Made by a program: the position numbers and the translations under genes. Below are positions 61,603-64,000 of a stretch of DNA of 64,000 bases, one piece after another (positions within the stretch are counted from its first letter, which is position 1; each line of letters starts with the position of its first letter). This DNA comes from a virus: positions 7,735-71,734 of the IMG/VR virus record IMGVR_UViG_3300009093_000004; one strand, written 5' to 3'. Under the pieces are notes generated by a model that made no database searches, was not told the origin of the DNA, and saw only the letters and a program-made list of their open reading frames with translations.

Positions 61603-63240
61603 CTAGGCCGCATATGGGTTTAAACCTTTGGGAGTCCGTTGTTTGCCAACTTGTCGTTCTTGATAGACAGGAAGGCGGAGCCAGTTACGAGAGAGCCACA
61701 GGAGAGACTGGGTGGCCGAGTCCATGAGATCGTCATGGGGAATGGAGTATTCACCCGCGTAGGAGCACATCTGACCAATTAGAGGCTCTGCCCACGCCGA
61801 GAAAGTGTTGCTGTTCCTTCCCTGATCAGACTCGGTTTGTGGCGCTCCGCAGTCGGGGCACACCTCATCGTCCTTACGCCCGATCTGCCACTGCGTATGG
61901 CAGTAGTTGCAGGTACGGATGAAAGTGAGCGGGGCGTACACGATCTTCTGTACGAAGAGTGGCGCCACGAGATTCAACCGCATGAGCTTGTCAGCCTTCC
62001 CTGGGTTGTAGGGCATGACCGGGATACCTTCCCGGCGGAGCTGCTGACGGAGCGAGACGCCAGAGTTCTTGTCCTCGATCAGGATCATATCGGCCGCCCG
62101 CCCCTGGTTGTACATCCGCTTGGGACCAAAGAGAGGGGTGATCTGAGGTACCAGGGAATCCATCCCGTACCGCTGCATCCGGGCCTTACGGACCCTGGCG
62201 ACCAGATCAGGGAATCCCAGTCGTTCCTGCCAGGCATCGAGCAACACGACGCGAGGAGACCCACGTTTCAGCTGCTGGATCTCCTGATAGGCGATATCAC
62301 GACGTTGATCGAGTGCCTGTTCCTCATCCCGACTCAGCGGCTCACGCCAGCCACCCCAGACAGAGCAAGCGGTGTAGTCGGTCTTTCGACCCTCCGGATC
62401 CTTTTTGACATCCACCGCGTCCTCGGAGAGAGCGGTGTCGAGTGACATCAGGATGATCTCGAAGTCAGGGAGTGGCCGATCATGGGGCCATTTCTGCCAC
62501 TGGGAACGCTTGATGACTCCCAGCTCTTCGGCATCGAGCAACTCACCAGCCAGCTCCTGGCGACCCAAGCGAGTGCCTTTCAGCACGTTCATCTGTCGCA
62601 GGAAGTTATCCGAGAGGTTGGCCCTGTTCTCCTCTGTGTTACCGCCTACCTTCTTGATCGTCTTGTCAGCGAAGAAGGTCTTGATCAGCTCTTTGGGCTT
62701 CGGAGTGGAGGTAATGACGCAGGTGGTCCGCTTCCCAAGTCGGTGACCAAACTTGGCTTGCTCCCAGGCTGGGACATCATCGACCCAGGCGGCAACCTCA
62801 TCACAGGCGAGAAAGTGGCATTGAGGGCCGCGGAGTCTCTCAGACTCCTCAGCAGAGAACCCCCTGAGGACGGAGCCGTTGTAGAACTCGATGATGGAGT
62901 CGGTCTTATTGTAGTACTTGATGAGGCAGGGTGGGACCTGTCGGATGATTCCTGACTCTCCCTCAAAGTTAACATACCGTATGTCATTGTGGGTTGGGGC
63001 CAGGATGTGCCCGAAGGTTTTAGGGTTATCGCATAGCTCACCCGCAATCCACTGGCCAAGAGTGAGTGACTTACCGAAGCCACGACCGGCATGGATAAAG
63101 ACTGTGTCATAGGGTTCCTTGCTGAAATCGATGATCTGCTTTGGACGGGCCATCTTCAGCCAGCGGGTTTTCCATTCCAACCGCGCGAGATCCCACAGCG
63201 ATAGGGCACCGAGAGTGGCTCGAAGCTCCGACTCACTCAC
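61603..63240 (-). CDS. terL: terminase large subunit
   Basis: AGRGFGKS Walker A, LRGPQ...DE, TSTPKP, SLDTA, IEDKNSG, HDDLMDS. Confidence 0.95.
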   Translation of the reverse strand: MSESELRATLGALSLWDLARLEWKTRWLKMARPKQIIDFSKEPYDTVFIHAGRGFGKSLTLGQWIAGELCDNPKTFGHILAPTHNDIRYVNFEGESGIIRQVPPCLIKYYNKTDSIIEFYNGSVLRGFSAEESERLRGPQCHFLACDEVAAWVDDVPAWEQAKFGHRLGKRTTCVITSTPKPKELIKTFFADKTIKKVGGNTEENRANLSDNFLRQMNVLKGTRLGRQELAGELLDAEELGVIKRSQWQKWPHDRPLPDFEIILMSLDTALSEDAVDVKKDPEGRKTDYTACSVWGGWREPLSRDEEQALDQRRDIAYQEIQQLKRGSPRVVLLDAWQERLGFPDLVARVRKARMQRYGMDSLVPQITPLFGPKRMYNQGRAADMILIEDKNSGVSLRQQLRREGIPVMPYNPGKADKLMRLNLVAPLFVQKIVYAPLTFIRTCNYCHTQWQIGRKDDEVCPDCGAPQTESDQGRNSNTFSAWAEPLIGQMCSYAGEYSIPHDDLMDSATQSLLWLSRNWLRLPVYQERQVGKQRTPKGLNPYAA

Positions 63241-63644
63241 GCGGGCACCTTTTCCTTCGCCTTCTCGGCCAGGATGCGCTCTGTGAGCTGATCGATGAGT
63301 TTCTGCTTCTGCTCCTCGGGAAGATCCTTCTGTGTGGTCTCCACAGCCCGGATGTCACGCCAGCCACCTCGGGCGCGGAGCACGAAGGAGGCACACTGGA
63401 AGAACTGGGGGTGCTTGCTGTCGATGGCAGCTTTGATCACCTCGCTCCCGACTGCCACCACCATCTGACTTGTACCGGTCTGATAGACGTGCCGGTAGTA
63501 CTGTTCGAACTCTTCGAGAGTGATACTAAGGATGTCGCAGATCTGGTCTGGATCAAGACCGCAAGCCGCCATCCTTCGCACGTAGGTTCGCGACTCTTCG
63601 GTAGGAATATGTTGGGGCCGTGGGATGATCTCTTGCGAAGTCAT
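63237..63644 (-). CDS. terS: terminase small subunit
   Basis: Immediately upstream of TerL; HIPTEESR.YV...G...I HTH and F.L.ARGGW. Confidence 0.8.
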   Translation of the reverse strand: MTSQEIIPRPQHIPTEESRTYVRRMAACGLDPDQICDILSITLEEFEQYYRHVYQTGTSQMVVAVGSEVIKAAIDSKHPQFFQCASFVLRARGGWRDIRAVETTQKDLPEEQKQKLIDQLTERILAEKAKEKVPA

Positions 63645-63938
63645 CGTGCCAGGCCCCTATGATCAGGGCGGAAGGGCATCGAATTGTGACTCGCAAGGCT
63701 CCCAAGGGAGCGCGATGCGGCGGAGTCTATACTCCGGAGATGTCACCAAACAAGCCGTGCCGGGATTGCGGCAAGCCGATCAGGCCCGGACCACCCCGAT
63801 GTGCGGAGTGTCGATTACTGTTGAAACTACTTCGAAAGTCGGCCTGGAAGGTGTATCGAGCGATGGGATCGCCGGGCGACTGGGATACGTTCTTCGCCAG
63901 TTATGCGAACCGGCAGATGCCGAAGCTACCGGGACATC

Positions 63939-64000
63939 TCAGAATTCGGGGGCGGGAGGGTACTCGGCGGGCACGGCCTGCCACTCCTCCAGGGTCTTTA
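63939..64000 (-). CDS. 3' end of a gene entering from outside the window (...KTLEEWQAVPAEYPPAPEF*)
   Basis: Hand-translated; partial. Confidence 0.4.
   Translation of the reverse strand, partial: KTLEEWQAVPAEYPPAPEF

Noticed and set aside
63939-64000. Exact circular join of window end to window start
   Set aside because: Direct joining puts the start-edge ORF out of frame with the plausible KTLEEW... ending, so some sequence is missing

Overview
The window is most or all of an uncultured, podovirus-like tailed phage genome infecting a diderm host, probably a proteobacterium. About 29.8-63.6 kb is one minus-strand late module: TerS, TerL, portal, GroES-like co-chaperonin, scaffold, major capsid, tail/adaptor/fibre, ejection proteins and a GH19 endolysin-holin-spanin cassette. 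About 0-29.8 kb holds small early and accessory genes, including a PRPP-synthetase-like plus Nampt-like pair (NARP1-type NAD+ reconstitution), macrodomain, SLOG, vWA, TerC, DUF932, AAA+ ATPase, LMW phosphatase and HTH regulators. I recognised no integrase, DNA polymerase, helicase or primase. Notable features absent from the ORF track: (i) a 51-codon gene (295-450, minus) with the hallmarks of a proteobacterial lasso-peptide precursor but no maturation enzymes in the window; (ii) a 28-bp XerCD dif-like site next to an IHF-like site; (iii) three candidate structured ncRNAs, two starting right after a sigma70-like promoter; (iv) a shared CTGTACA operator in several promoters; (v) a 21-aa lipobox micro-gene in the lysis cassette. 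All protein family calls come from motif recognition by eye, not database searches.
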